In this document: piece by piece, positions 1 through 10,147 of the stretch
How positions within the stretch are numbered: position 1 is the first letter of the stretch
Layout: every line of letters begins with the position of its first letter
Source: Oscillospiraceae bacterium
Lineage (GTDB): Bacteria > Bacillota > Clostridia > Oscillospirales > Oscillospiraceae
DNA length: 64,000 nt
Direction of reading: 5' to 3'
NCBI GenBank assembly: GCA_009777775.1
Contig: WRLE01000017.1
Location: 5,622 to 69,621, forward strand
The notes under the pieces: generated by a model
Databases searched by the model: none
The model's input: the letters and a program-made list of their open reading frames with translations, nothing else
Told to the model about the DNA's origin: nothing
Program-made: the position numbers and the translations under genes

Positions 1-506
1 CTTCTTTGAATCCTTTGATGAAGGTCGGTCGTCAAATAGAAGAAACCTTGAAGATGCATACTAATACTCCCCCAACGCGCCGACGAGAGTTGGCTTTGGA
101 AGCAATGGAAAGCGTTGAGCTGCCTGATCCTAAGTTGACATATGAAAAATACCCCCATCAGCTTTCCGGTGGACAAAGGCAACGAGCGATGATTGCTTCG
201 GCGATAATTGCCGACCCCAAACTGCTCATTGCCGATGAAGCCACAACCGCCCTTGATGTAACTTCACAAAGCCAAATAATCGACTTATTAGCTCGAATCA
301 ATGAAAGACATGGAGTTGCCATTTTGTTTATTTCCCATGATTTATCAGTCATTCGCCGCCTATGTAATCGTGTGGCAGTTATGCATGCTGGAAAAATCGT
401 TGAAGACTCATCCACTCAAGCTGTCTTTGAAAATCCCAAAGATGATTATACGAAGCGTCTAATTGCAGCAATCCCCACCAGGGACAAACGTCGGAGGCAA
501 ACATAA
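1..506 (+). CDS. Oligopeptide/dipeptide-type ABC transporter ATP-binding protein, 5'-truncated by the window edge
   Basis: ABC signature LSGGQRQR, Walker [14 protein letters not shown]-loop ISHD, and the C-terminal tail [15 protein letters not shown] typical of OppD/DppD. The stop overlaps the next start (TAATG). Confidence 0.85.
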   Translation, partial: SLNPLMKVGRQIEETLKMHTNTPPTRRRELALEAMESVELPDPKLTYEKYPHQLSGGQRQRAMIASAIIADPKLLIADEATTALDVTSQSQIIDLLARINERHGVAILFISHDLSVIRRLCNRVAVMHAGKIVEDSSTQAVFENPKDDYTKRLIAAIPTRDKRRRQT

Positions 507-1273
507 TGGGAAAGATACAAATTGACAGTTTACATCCCAACAATGTGCTGGAGGTGAAAAACCTCAATGTGTGGTACAATAATAGTGGAATCTTTAATAG
601 TAACAGTCGATTAAAGTCAAAGATTCAGGTGCTTTATGACCTCAGCTTTTCCATTGCCCATGGTGAAATCCTTGGTTTGGTGGGTGAATCCGGCTGCGGA
701 AAATCCACACTGGCAAAGGCAATCTGCGGAATCATAAGAAACTATAAAGGTGAAATATTACACAGCGGTGGTATCCCCCAAATGATTTTCCAAGACCCTC
801 TTGGCTCCTTAAACCCAGCGAAATCCATAGGTTGGATAGTTGAAGAACCTTTGCGTCTAAAAGGCGAGCTTGATGCTTCATCGAGAAAACGACGAGTTGA
901 TGAAATGCTGGAGCGAGTTGGTTTAGGTAGCCAATTTGCAGGGAGAAAACCCCATGAGCTTTCCGGAGGACAGCGGCAGCGGGTGAGCATCGCCACCAGT
1001 TTAATATGCCATCCCCGCCTTATACTTGCAGACGAACCAGTATCCTCCTTGGATGTGACCATACAGTCTCAAATACTGGATTTGTTAATGGAACTGGGGA
1101 AGGAATTTCAATTGAGTTACCTTTTCATATCCCATGATATTAACGTAATCTACCAGATATGCGATAGAATGATGGTAATGCAAAAAGGTGAAATAATCGA
1201 AGAAGGTGATGTGGCGGAGCTCTTTGACAATCCATCCAAGGAATATACAAAACGTTTGCTGTACAAGGAATAA
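506..1273 (+). CDS. Oligopeptide/dipeptide-type ABC transporter ATP-binding protein (OppF/DppF-like)
   Basis: Walker [10 protein letters not shown], signature LSGGQRQR, Walker [14 protein letters not shown]-loop ISHD, C-terminal [11 protein letters not shown]. Translationally coupled to the upstream ATPase. Confidence 0.85.
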   Translation: MGKIQIDSLHPNNVLEVKNLNVWYNNSGIFNSNSRLKSKIQVLYDLSFSIAHGEILGLVGESGCGKSTLAKAICGIIRNYKGEILHSGGIPQMIFQDPLGSLNPAKSIGWIVEEPLRLKGELDASSRKRRVDEMLERVGLGSQFAGRKPHELSGGQRQRVSIATSLICHPRLILADEPVSSLDVTIQSQILDLLMELGKEFQLSYLFISHDINVIYQICDRMMVMQKGEIIEEGDVAELFDNPSKEYTKRLLYKE

Positions 1274-1287
1274 TAGGAGCAAAATTC

Positions 1288-2055
1288 ATGATACTAGCCA
1301 TTGATGTGGGAAACACCAATATAACCATTGGCTGCGTCCACGAAGGAAGCATAGCCCTTGTTTTTGCAATATCCACAAATATTGCAAAAACTGCAGAAGA
1401 ATACGCCATGGATATTAAGAGCATTCTAGATTTTCATAAGATAAAGCCCGATGAAATTGAAGGTGCTATTATTTCCTGTGTTGTACCTCCTCTATCTAAT
1501 TCTATAAGATCATCACTACGCATGTTGTCAAACATCGAAGCTCTCATCGTGGGAGCTGGCGTAAAAACTGGTATGAATATATTGATAGACGACCCAGCGC
1601 AACTAGGAGGCGATATGGTTGCTGCTGCTGTTGGTGCCCTTGCTACACATACTCCTCCAATAATAGTGGTTGATATGGGTACAGCAATAAAAATGTGTGT
1701 GCTCGACAAAAACGGAAGCTTCATCGGTGGTGCAATTATGCCAGGTTTATCCCTCTCCATGAACGCATTGTCCACTGGAACATCCCAGCTACCCCATGTG
1801 ACCATCGAAGCTCCGGGAAAGCTTATTTCCAAAAATACCATCGATTGTATGAAAAGCGGAGCAGTTTTCGGAACAGCCTCCATGATAGATGGCATGATTA
1901 GCCGCTTTGAAAATGAGCTGGATAATGATGCCATTTCCATCATCACAGGCGGGCATGCCGAGCTTGTAAAAAATCATTGTTTAAGAGAAATAAAATATGA
2001 CCCCCATTTGATTTTGCGGGGTTTGGAAAAAATATACGAAAGAAACAGAGCATAG
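1288..2055 (+). CDS. coaX: Type III pantothenate kinase
   Basis: N-terminal ILAIDVGNTNITIG (ASKHA phosphate-1 motif), internal VVDMGTAI, and a 255-aa length typical of CoaX. Confidence 0.85.
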   Translation: MILAIDVGNTNITIGCVHEGSIALVFAISTNIAKTAEEYAMDIKSILDFHKIKPDEIEGAIISCVVPPLSNSIRSSLRMLSNIEALIVGAGVKTGMNILIDDPAQLGGDMVAAAVGALATHTPPIIVVDMGTAIKMCVLDKNGSFIGGAIMPGLSLSMNALSTGTSQLPHVTIEAPGKLISKNTIDCMKSGAVFGTASMIDGMISRFENELDNDAISIITGGHAELVKNHCLREIKYDPHLILRGLEKIYERNRA

Positions 2056-2062
2056 AAAAATC

Positions 2063-3211
2063 ATGAAAAAGAAATCCCTTACAGTCATATTTGTCCTGTG
2101 CTTGATAATCGTCCTTTTGCCCATTAAAACAAAAGCTGCTATATCTCCTCACTTCATTGCTGTAAACGATACATTATTGCCTTTTCGTGATGATGTAATG
2201 CCTTATATAAACGGTGAGCAGATACTTGTTTCCCATGAAATTTTTTCCAATGTGGGTGTATGGTCAGTTTCAGCTGGGGATTTTGAGGAAGTTCGCCTCT
2301 ATGTTGGAGCGCGGCAAGTGGACTTTTATCCAGAGTCTGGTCTTACACAAAATCAATTTGGCAATGAATTATCCTGGCCTGCTGCCCAAGTCATTGGCGG
2401 CAAGTTCTATGTACCCCTCCATCAAGTCTGTGAATATTTCGGCTTGGAATATCAGCTAATCGAAATCGGGCGTACCGTCATCCCAGACAAACAAATTTGG
2501 ATAATCAGGATAATATCCAGTGCCAGATTGTCAAGTACTGAATTTGTCAATAGATACAGAACAGATATTTTATCAGCATATGACGAGTATTATGCTCCAC
2601 CCACACCGATTCAAACGGAAATATCGATTATGGAACCAACACCAAGCTATAGCGATGTGTCTGTGTATCTAAGCTTTCACGATATTTCCTCCCCATATAT
2701 AAGCGAAATTGTTGATTTGTTGGAAAACTCAAATCCAGCAAATTACACAGTATGTTTCTTTTTAAGTGCCAATGACATAAAAAATAACCCCGCCATGGTG
2801 CGAAAGCTTGATGGCATGGGTCATGTAATTGGTATTTGGCTCCAAGAGGGTACATATGAGGAATATTTAAATACCTCGGCTTTGCTATTTGAAGCAGCAA
2901 AGGTGAAAACTGTTTTAATTTCAGCAGATATAGCAGAAGCAGAAGCATCGGAAATGGCCCAAATGCATGGTTTGTCCTATTGGGGTGCTTCCATTCACAT
3001 CGGCGGTACTCCAGCAACTCCAAGCAGCCTAATAAACTGGACAGCAATTGCGGTAACCGATGCTCTACCCACCTTGAGTCCCGATGGGTTTTGCCTACGC
3101 TTTGCCTGCAACGAAAATGCAGCAGCCATGCTCCCCAGCGTTTTCAACCACCTATATACATATGAATACACGGTTCCAGCAATCACCGAAACAACAAATC
3201 CAATAAAATAG
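2063..3211 (+). CDS. Secreted hypothetical protein; C-terminal half may be polysaccharide-deacetylase (NodB)-like
   Basis: Signal peptide MKKKSLTVIFVLCLIIVLLPIKTKA. The C-terminal segment VCFFLSANDIKNNPAMVRKLDGMGHVIGIW only loosely recalls NodB-type deacetylases, so function is uncertain. Confidence 0.5.
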   Translation: MKKKSLTVIFVLCLIIVLLPIKTKAAISPHFIAVNDTLLPFRDDVMPYINGEQILVSHEIFSNVGVWSVSAGDFEEVRLYVGARQVDFYPESGLTQNQFGNELSWPAAQVIGGKFYVPLHQVCEYFGLEYQLIEIGRTVIPDKQIWIIRIISSARLSSTEFVNRYRTDILSAYDEYYAPPTPIQTEISIMEPTPSYSDVSVYLSFHDISSPYISEIVDLLENSNPANYTVCFFLSANDIKNNPAMVRKLDGMGHVIGIWLQEGTYEEYLNTSALLFEAAKVKTVLISADIAEAEASEMAQMHGLSYWGASIHIGGTPATPSSLINWTAIAVTDALPTLSPDGFCLRFACNENAAAMLPSVFNHLYTYEYTVPAITETTNPIK

Positions 3212-3225
3212 CTTTCGTTTATGAC

Positions 3226-3633
3226 CTAGATTCGTTCAAAAGTCGCTTCATTTCCGTTGAAGGACAGCCTTATATCGAAGTATTTCAACACATTCATCCC
3301 CACAACCGCAACAGCATAACTATCTTGCGGAAAATCGTGTCCTTGAATGATAACATCGGAAAAGACAACATTGCCCATTCTGATTTTGTGAACCATCACT
3401 TCGGATACGTTTTCCATACCACTTGCCGTCGCTGCTTTTCTCTTGGCAGAGGCGGTATCGTTTTCATATCCCAGAGCATTGAGCAAGTCCTTACATACCG
3501 TAGTGACGCTGGCACCGGTATCAAGGATGGCAAGGGTGTTTCGATAAACTGATTTGTTGCGATCCCAGAGATAAAAATCTATCATGGGCACTCCATTGTG
3601 CATATGCAGCTTAACAATATTGCTATTACTCAT
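3226..3633 (-). CDS. Retropepsin-like (clan AA) aspartic protease, single domain, no signal peptide
   Basis: Active-site motif AILDTGASVTTV (D-T-G-A), a 135-aa single lobe implying a homodimer, and a late GMNVL flap/dimer-like segment. Its start overlaps the stop of the upstream small ORF (TAATG). Confidence 0.7.
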   Translation of the reverse strand: MSNSNIVKLHMHNGVPMIDFYLWDRNKSVYRNTLAILDTGASVTTVCKDLLNALGYENDTASAKRKAATASGMENVSEVMVHKIRMGNVVFSDVIIQGHDFPQDSYAVAVVGMNVLKYFDIRLSFNGNEATFERI

Positions 3634-3857
3634 TACAGAATGCTCACTCCTTCCGGTATTTTTCCGATATAGCGAAATGACGTGGATAAGGCATATTCCT
3701 CGTACTCTTCGAATCTGCTGACAATGTTATTTCTATCCACATCGCTGAGAATTACCCTGCCATTGATAATAGTACCATTTTCATCTTCTTCACAATCAAT
3801 CATCAGTACCCATTTACCGCTATATTCTTCAGTAATGCGTTCCATACTTTCTATCAT
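3633..3857 (-). CDS. Small acidic protein (74 aa) translationally coupled to the retropepsin-like protease
   Basis: The ORF is very rich in D/E (CEEDENG, EEYEEY). The GKWVLMID...G.VIL pattern recalls small DUF5678-like proteins. Overlaps the downstream protease gene by 1 nt. Confidence 0.55.
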   Translation of the reverse strand: MIESMERITEEYSGKWVLMIDCEEDENGTIINGRVILSDVDRNNIVSRFEEYEEYALSTSFRYIGKIPEGVSIL

Positions 3858-4094
3858 TTTTCTCCCCCTCGTTTCGCTGCATCGCTGGGCAAAAGCAAGG
3901 TCGAATTATCCATCGTAAAGAAATACGACACAGCATTAATAGCCAAATTATCTATTTTGAATATATAAAATTCGTAGCCAATTATCCATTTTTTCGCCAG
4001 CTATGGAACTATGTATGGAACACATTATCACAATGTAATCGTTTTTTCAATATATTATAACAATTTACGAAATAATTTTTATTTCTATTTTCAA

Positions 4095-4158
4095 TATGTA
4101 TAAACTTATGTGTAAAACCCTTGACAAACGTATAATTCTACTACTAATATAGGGTATA
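4095..4158. repeat. 64-bp direct repeat, copy A, carrying a sigma-A-type promoter (TTGACA 4121-4126, 18-nt spacer, TAATAT 4145-4150)
   Basis: Near-identical, about 4 mismatches by eye, to 6688-6751 (TATGTATAAACTTATGTGTAAAACCCTTGACAAAYGTATAA...CTAATATAGGGTATA). Confidence 0.8.
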
Positions 4159-4178
4159 ATTATTAAAGGATATATTAC

Positions 4179-4280
4179 ATGATAAAACTATCAAGCTTTA
4201 GTAAAAACAAATTCTTAGAACGCATAAAGGCTTTCAACAAGCTTCAAAAAATCCTATTTGCATCCTTGTAGTATATTTAA
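4179..4280 (+). pseudogene. Truncated, frameshifted 5' fragment of a paralog of the membrane-protein gene at 13197
   Basis: The DNA segment GAACGCATAAA.GC.TTCAACAAGCTTCAAAAAATCCTATTTGCATCCTTGTAGTATATTTA matches 13237-13300. One T is missing from the T-run, giving a premature TAG after 30 codons (MIKLSSFSKNKFLERIKAFNKLQKILFASL). Confidence 0.75.
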
Positions 4281-4294
4281 AAAGGTATACCAAT

Positions 4295-4321
4295 AAGGCA
4301 TCTTGTGACGCAAGATGCCTT
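4295..4321 (+). terminator. Hairpin terminator (11-bp perfect stem AAGGCATCTTG / CAAGATGCCTT, 5-nt loop) followed by ATCTTTTAT
   Basis: Perfect inverted repeat read directly. It lies between the pseudogene fragment and the 3' end of the methyltransferase gene. Confidence 0.65.
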
Positions 4322-4365
4322 ATCTTTTATAAATCTGGTTATAATGCTAATACTTATTTAACGCA

Positions 4366-5313
4366 TCAATATAGTTTAAGTTGCCCATTTCGCAATTGGT
4401 AATAATTGGAATTATACTGCTCTCTTCCTATCATTATATATTTATATAATATATTGGCAACATATTCAGCCATTTTTACTGGTACTGCATTTCCTATCAT
4501 TTGCTCAAGGTCAGTTTTATTGCCAAATAATATAAAATCCTTTGGGAAGGTCTGTATACGAGCACGTTCATTTGTTGTAAGCGGTCTTACTAAATTGAAA
4601 TCTTTAATAGCATCTCCCTTATGGAAATTATATGTCTTTGGTATTGGTCTATTAACACCTCTGATTGTTGGACTAGGCTCATCAATACTGAAAATCCCTC
4701 TTCTAGCATATGAACGAGGGTGTCTATAGAAATACTCAGTATCAAGCTCATCCCCCATATAATCACGTATGGTAGTGCTACAATCAGACAGATTATTTAT
4801 TATATCATCCTTGATAAAATCGTCATTTCCGAATAATTCACCAAATAAAAAGAATCGTTTACGCTTTTGAGGTACGCCACATCTTGAAGCATCAATAACA
4901 ACCTGCGTTAACCCATAATTGTTATTCCGAAAGAGGTTTACTGCTTGTTCTAAGGCAAATGAAGAAACTATCCTCTCCACATTTTCCATAACGAACCACT
5001 TTGGTTTTAACCCGCATACTATCTCTGCAAATTTAAATGTTAAACTTGCTCGCGCAATAGTTTCGATTCTTTTCCCAGCAGCAGAAAAATCCTGGCAAGG
5101 AGGACCTCCGATAATCAAATCAGCTTTATGTTTACTAAAAAAGTCATATTGCTTGTCAGACAAATCAAGCGTTATCGCTTTGTGCGTAAAATTCGTATTA
5201 TAAATGTCAATTGCGTTATCCCAATTGTCATATGCAGCCACTATATTGAACCCAGCATTTTGAAAACCGAGAGAAAGCCCACCGCAACCGCAAAATAAAT
5301 CTAGCACATTCAC
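4366..5313 (-). CDS. DNA (cytosine-5)-methyltransferase, type II R-M
   Basis: Motif I DLFCGCGGLSLGF, motif IV GGPPCQDFS, motif VI ENV, motif VIII QKRKRFFLFG, motif IX RPLTTNERARIQTFP, motif X GNAVPV. Confidence 0.95.
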   Translation of the reverse strand: MNVLDLFCGCGGLSLGFQNAGFNIVAAYDNWDNAIDIYNTNFTHKAITLDLSDKQYDFFSKHKADLIIGGPPCQDFSAAGKRIETIARASLTFKFAEIVCGLKPKWFVMENVERIVSSFALEQAVNLFRNNNYGLTQVVIDASRCGVPQKRKRFFLFGELFGNDDFIKDDIINNLSDCSTTIRDYMGDELDTEYFYRHPRSYARRGIFSIDEPSPTIRGVNRPIPKTYNFHKGDAIKDFNLVRPLTTNERARIQTFPKDFILFGNKTDLEQMIGNAVPVKMAEYVANILYKYIMIGREQYNSNYYQLRNGQLKLY

Positions 5314-5328
5314 TTTATGTCATCACTC

Positions 5329-6405
5329 CTAAAATAAATCTGGTGAATTAACTATAATTGCATCGAATCGTCTTTCTGGACTCAGCAGTTGCTGACCTCC
5401 GCCGAGTATTATATCTTTTATTTCCTCTTTTCTTATTCTTGGCTTTGTTAGTTCTTCACAATCCATATATTTATGTGTTTTATTACCTGCTGTTGCGAAT
5501 GCTTTGTCGTTTTTAGTATTATATGTTAATTCGCTGTAGATGCTTTTGCCATCGAAATGCCCATGCTTTGAATAATCTAAAAGCATCTTATACAACCAAA
5601 TGCAGCTCCTGATATGTCGTGTAATAGACTTAATATGCGTATTTTGTTCGGGTAAAAATAGATTAAGTATACCTATATTGCTCCATATAAATACATCCAG
5701 ACAATACTCTGACAGTTGAGAGCTATTTCCGATTGTTTTCCAAATTGGATTGAGTATTATTGGCGTTTGGTATTCATGTTTTTCATGTGCAATCTGACGT
5801 ATAGATGAGTTTATATCATGTATATATGGCAAAACCTCTCTTGCTTCAGACCAGTCTGCTATATCATCACATCCATTCCCTACTATTTTACCAATAGTTG
5901 TTGTATCACCACCAAAAAGCTCAATAAAGCTACAAGCTAGGTATATAATTGTGTCTGGCCTCACAACCAATTCAATACCATATTGATCTTCAGATAATTC
6001 GTATGTTGTGCTGTCAGGTAAGGCTGTAAGCTTTATTTCAAAAGTACTTACACAAGCGTCATTCGATAAATTAATAATAGTAATGTCATTTCTTGGCATT
6101 GGACCTACGACATATTTTTGATATGGTGTGTATGGTGTTTCGAATGCATAAAAAGTGTTTGTATCTAATGGTTCAATATTAAGAATTTCATCAAACCCTT
6201 TGTAACTAATATTACTGTTTAAATCACCATCAGCGGTGATGTAAATAGCTCTCATATTATTATGATACATATAGCATGAAAGAGATATAGGTAATGTCGC
6301 ATTAAATATGTTTTTACCCCAGGTGTCTTTGTCGGAAAAATTTCTGTTAGAATTATTTATACCAAACAATCTCGGATTATTTATTTCCATATCCAACCTA
6401 CCCAT
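5329..6405 (-). CDS. Putative type II restriction endonuclease, cognate of the m5C methyltransferase
   Basis: Lies 15 bp upstream of, and co-oriented with, the methyltransferase. PD-(D/E)XK-like signature ND...STFEIKLTALPD. The start was moved to the ATG at 6405 (MGRLDMEINN) because it has AAGGA 7 nt upstream and a good promoter at 6425-6453. The ORF track extends to 6567 without any RBS. Confidence 0.6.
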   Translation of the reverse strand: MGRLDMEINNPRLFGINNSNRNFSDKDTWGKNIFNATLPISLSCYMYHNNMRAIYITADGDLNSNISYKGFDEILNIEPLDTNTFYAFETPYTPYQKYVVGPMPRNDITIINLSNDACVSTFEIKLTALPDSTTYELSEDQYGIELVVRPDTIIYLACSFIELFGGDTTTIGKIVGNGCDDIADWSEAREVLPYIHDINSSIRQIAHEKHEYQTPIILNPIWKTIGNSSQLSEYCLDVFIWSNIGILNLFLPEQNTHIKSITRHIRSCIWLYKMLLDYSKHGHFDGKSIYSELTYNTKNDKAFATAGNKTHKYMDCEELTKPRIRKEEIKDIILGGGQQLLSPERRFDAIIVNSPDLF

Positions 6406-6424
6406 AGCATATTCCTTGCTGTCA

Positions 6425-6453
6425 AGTATACAGCAGTTTGCAGATATAAGCAA
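6425..6453 (-). promoter_or_regulatory. Predicted promoter of the restriction endonuclease gene (TTGCTT, 17-nt spacer, TATACT)
   Basis: On the minus strand: TTGCTT at 6453-6448, a 17-nt spacer, TATACT at 6430-6425, then a 19-nt leader containing AAGGA before the ATG at 6405. Confidence 0.5.
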
Positions 6454-6687
6454 GTGGAAATAGGTGGATATGTTGTTATTCTGTGATAATGTATTACAAG
6501 TCATGGGAGTGCTAGAATCTTTTGCATTGCCAGTCATTGCATATATAGTACGCACTAACAGTGTCATTTAAGAGTACCAGCGAAGAATCTCATTACACCG
6601 AACTGCCGATTATAGAGATTCTTCGGTCGCTGGCTCTCTCAGAAAGACACTTGATTGTTACCCGTGACCAGTAATGTCTATTTGCAT

Positions 6688-6751
6688 TATGTATAAACTT
6701 ATGTGTAAAACCCTTGACAAATGTATAAATCTACTGCTAATATAGGGTATA
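6688..6751. repeat. 64-bp direct repeat, copy B, carrying the same promoter (TTGACA 6714-6719); upstream of the RCC1/lipase genes
   Basis: Near-identical to 4095-4158. Confidence 0.8.
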
Positions 6752-6857
6752 TTCTAAGCAATCACAGATGCTATTGTTGCGAATACACCATTTTTACCAA
6801 TAAAATCTTTGAATCATAGCTAGCATGGGGTATAGATTAGGTATTGGGGGAATATGC

Positions 6858-9800
6858 ATGATAAATGCTGTTAAGAGGATTTTTGTTACCATTATTATCT
6901 TGTTGCTGTGCATCCAAACGATAATGGTTTCGGCAAGCTCTCCATATATAAAGAGAGACAAAGCAAGTACTGTATCGAATACGATGATTCGCCAACCCGA
7001 TAGGTCAAGAGCACAATCGGAGCAGTTATCAATGACAACAGATTTTAACTCTACTTACTTATTTGATGCCCACGAAATAATGAATACGCAATTTGTGACC
7101 CATGGCACTCCTGGTAGTGCGGGGTTATTTTTATTGGATAATATTTCTCAAGTATTTGATATATCTAGGAGCAATCTATACAGTTTTGCTAATAACAATA
7201 ACACAAACACGAGATTACTAACACAACCAGATACCGCATTTCCAAATGTGGGAGCAGACAGCAGAGGTTTCACATCGACCAATAGCAACCAGTATATCGA
7301 AGATGAGAATTGGCAACAGTTCCTTTCGTTAAATATTATTCAGACAAGTGCAGGAGAAGCTCACAGCCTTGCGCTAGCTAGTGATGGAAGCGTATGGGCT
7401 TGGGGTGAAAATGGGTATGGTCAGCTTGGTGATGGAACGACAATTAGCCGTGGCTACCCAATAAAAGTCGAAAGCCTTGTTGATATAAAAGCTATAGCAG
7501 CAGGTGCCAACCACAGCATGGCACTCAGAGAGGATGGTACAGTCTGGTCTTGGGGACTCAACCATTCAGGTCAATTGGAGACCAGATTAATGCGTAACAG
7601 CAGCACACCTGTCCAAACCATCGGGATGAGCGGAATAAGCTCGATTTCAGCTGGAGGTTACCACAGCCTAGCCATTAGCGATAATGGAGTAGTATGGGCT
7701 TGGGGGTACAATGCATATGGTCAGCTGGGTGATGGAACTGAAACCGATAGAATAACCCCTGTTCAAGTAGTTGGTCTAATGGAAGTTGAAGCAATTGCTG
7801 CAGGTGGATATCATAGCTTAGCCATCGATAAAGAAGGTTCAATCTGGAGCTGGGGGCGAAATAACCACGGTCAGCTGGGTGATGGTACCGATGCAGATAA
7901 CAGCACTCCAATAAAAATTAATGGTATTAACAAAGCCAATCTTGTAGTCGCAGGTATGTCTCATAGTATGGTGGTGTGCAATGAAAAGAGTTTATGGGCA
8001 TGGGGAGCAAACCAATATGGTCAGCTTGGAGATAGTACCGAAATAGATAAAATTACCCCTACTAAACTAGAGAGTATAAACAATATAGTAGCAATAGCAA
8101 CTGGCACTGCACATTCTATAGCTAGAACTGAGAACGGAGCAATTTACACATGGGGTTGTAATATATATGGACAACTTGGAGACAGCACGACAACGAACAG
8201 GAATGAACCAACCGAATTGACAGGTATTTATGGAGCAAATGCGCTGTCGGCAGGCTACAACCACAGCTTGGCTACCATTGACAACGGTTCGATATGGGCA
8301 TGGGGTGACAATGCATTTGGACAGCTTGGTATCGGAACAACTAAAGACGGATCAATACCTACACGAATAGTTGGATTGAACACAATAATAGCAGCTGTAG
8401 CAGGAAATTCCCACAGTCTTGCGCTCAAAGAAGACGGAAGTGTATGGGCATGGGGCGCAAATTACAGCGGGCAGCTAGGTATAACATCAGAAATAAATAG
8501 CACCAAACCTATAATGATTGAAGATTTAAGCGACATAATAGCTATTGCTGCTGGTAACAACCACAGCTTAGCACTAAGAAACGATGGTTCTGTATTTGCA
8601 TGGGGAGAGAACTGGTGTGGACAGCTTGGAAACGAAACTGTAGAAAACAGCAACAAACCAATTCTAGTGAAAAGCGTAAACAATGCTATAGCTATAGCCG
8701 CAGGTCGAAACTTCAGTATTGCGTTATTAACAGATGGAACACTCATGTATTGGGGGATTATAGGTGACTACGCAAACAACGAGTCGTCAACCTTGCTCAT
8801 CAAAGAACCCACTCTTATCGAAGGGTTTACTGACATAACAGCAATAACAACTGGAGATTACCATTTTCTAGCACTCAAAAAAGATGGAACAGTTTGGGCT
8901 ATGGGTAATAATTATTATGGGCAACTTGGTAACGAAACATATGAAAATTGTGATTTACCTGTTCAAGTATCTAACATTAATGATGCGATAATCATTGCAA
9001 CAGGTGGCTTCCATAACCTTGCTGTATGCGAAGATGGAAATATGTTTTCTTGGGGTGCAAACTGGCATGGTCAGCTTGGAAATGGGACAGCATCAAATCA
9101 AAACATAGCAAGACAGATACAAATACCTTCTGTTTCAATGATATCAGCGGGTGGAAGCTACAGCATCGCTGTTGATGACGAAGGAGCGATGTGGGCATGG
9201 GGCTCAAACTATCATGGTCAGCTTGGTAATAGCACCACTATAAGCAACAGCACTCCATCAACTGCAACAAAACTTAACGGAGTTGCATCTATAACAGCAG
9301 GTGCTAGTCACTGTCTTGCTGTATGCGAAAATGGTACAATCTGGGCATGGGGAGCGGACGATTATGGGCAGCTTGGTATTGAAAGATACATATCATCGCC
9401 CATCAGAGTCAGAGTCGACACTGATTCTATCATTCTTTTCGCTAAAAGCTCATACAAGATAAATATACCAAAGCTTGATGATGATGCAGTTAACATGAGT
9501 GCTTCGTATTATGAATACGAAAAGGAAGTGCTAGATGCTGCTTTTGAATACAGTCTCACCTCACTATATGAAGGTGTATCTGTTGATAAAAATACCGGAA
9601 ATGTCACGGTGTCACAAAACGCTGAACCAGGCATTGTGACTGTAGAAGCGTATTATAATGGATATTCTACAACAGTTGAGTTGATGCTAGAATATGCAAT
9701 TGATGCGATTCTTGAGTTGAACGCTGTTCGCGGGCGCGAGTATCATGTAGCACTGACGGCCAACGAGATTGAGACTAACATGACTGCAGTGTTCATAATT

Positions 9801-10052
9801 AAGTACGATCCAGAGTCCCTCTCTTTGATTAGCGCAGCGGATCAGGTAGACAGTATATCTATATCAAATGAACTAATACCAGGTACTGGTGTATCAATTA
9901 TTTCAACAGCTCATGGTAGGTTGGAACTAGCATTCAACAATGCAATCACACAGGAAGAAAGCTGGTCGGGATTGGTAACTATATTGAAGTTTTACGCCAA
10001 AGAAAGCGGCACAACTTCGGTAGGTGTCATTCAAAGGTATAAACAGAGCTAA
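6858..10052 (+). CDS. Secreted RCC1-repeat (beta-propeller) protein with a non-RCC1 C-terminal region
   Basis: More than 14 tandem repeats of the RCC1 signature ([12 protein letters not shown] ... AAGxxHSLAL ... DGSVWAWG). Signal/TM segment [19 protein letters not shown]. The start was set at ATG 6858, which has GGGGGA 6 nt upstream; the ORF track starts at 6825. Confidence 0.85.
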   Translation: MINAVKRIFVTIIILLLCIQTIMVSASSPYIKRDKASTVSNTMIRQPDRSRAQSEQLSMTTDFNSTYLFDAHEIMNTQFVTHGTPGSAGLFLLDNISQVFDISRSNLYSFANNNNTNTRLLTQPDTAFPNVGADSRGFTSTNSNQYIEDENWQQFLSLNIIQTSAGEAHSLALASDGSVWAWGENGYGQLGDGTTISRGYPIKVESLVDIKAIAAGANHSMALREDGTVWSWGLNHSGQLETRLMRNSSTPVQTIGMSGISSISAGGYHSLAISDNGVVWAWGYNAYGQLGDGTETDRITPVQVVGLMEVEAIAAGGYHSLAIDKEGSIWSWGRNNHGQLGDGTDADNSTPIKINGINKANLVVAGMSHSMVVCNEKSLWAWGANQYGQLGDSTEIDKITPTKLESINNIVAIATGTAHSIARTENGAIYTWGCNIYGQLGDSTTTNRNEPTELTGIYGANALSAGYNHSLATIDNGSIWAWGDNAFGQLGIGTTKDGSIPTRIVGLNTIIAAVAGNSHSLALKEDGSVWAWGANYSGQLGITSEINSTKPIMIEDLSDIIAIAAGNNHSLALRNDGSVFAWGENWCGQLGNETVENSNKPILVKSVNNAIAIAAGRNFSIALLTDGTLMYWGIIGDYANNESSTLLIKEPTLIEGFTDITAITTGDYHFLALKKDGTVWAMGNNYYGQLGNETYENCDLPVQVSNINDAIIIATGGFHNLAVCEDGNMFSWGANWHGQLGNGTASNQNIARQIQIPSVSMISAGGSYSIAVDDEGAMWAWGSNYHGQLGNSTTISNSTPSTATKLNGVASITAGASHCLAVCENGTIWAWGADDYGQLGIERYISSPIRVRVDTDSIILFAKSSYKINIPKLDDDAVNMSASYYEYEKEVLDAAFEYSLTSLYEGVSVDKNTGNVTVSQNAEPGIVTVEAYYNGYSTTVELMLEYAIDAILELNAVRGREYHVALTANEIETNMTAVFIIKYDPESLSLISAADQVDSISISNELIPGTGVSIISTAHGRLELAFNNAITQEESWSGLVTILKFYAKESGTTSVGVIQRYKQS

Positions 10053-10147
10053 ATTCGAGTTTAGCAAGTGTAGAGAGTTTATAGTATCAGTATGCGACTA
10101 TATACTAAAAACCAAATGAAAGGTATAATATTGAAAGGTACGATAAT

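Noticed and set aside
1434-1946. 170-aa minus-strand ORF
   Set aside because: It is antisense to coaX, whose identity is well supported.
6406-6567. First 54 codons of the long endonuclease ORF
   Set aside because: No RBS precedes any of the three upstream ATGs, and a good -35/-10 pair lies inside this stretch. It is more likely a promoter and leader than coding sequence, although the alternative cannot be excluded without N-terminal data.
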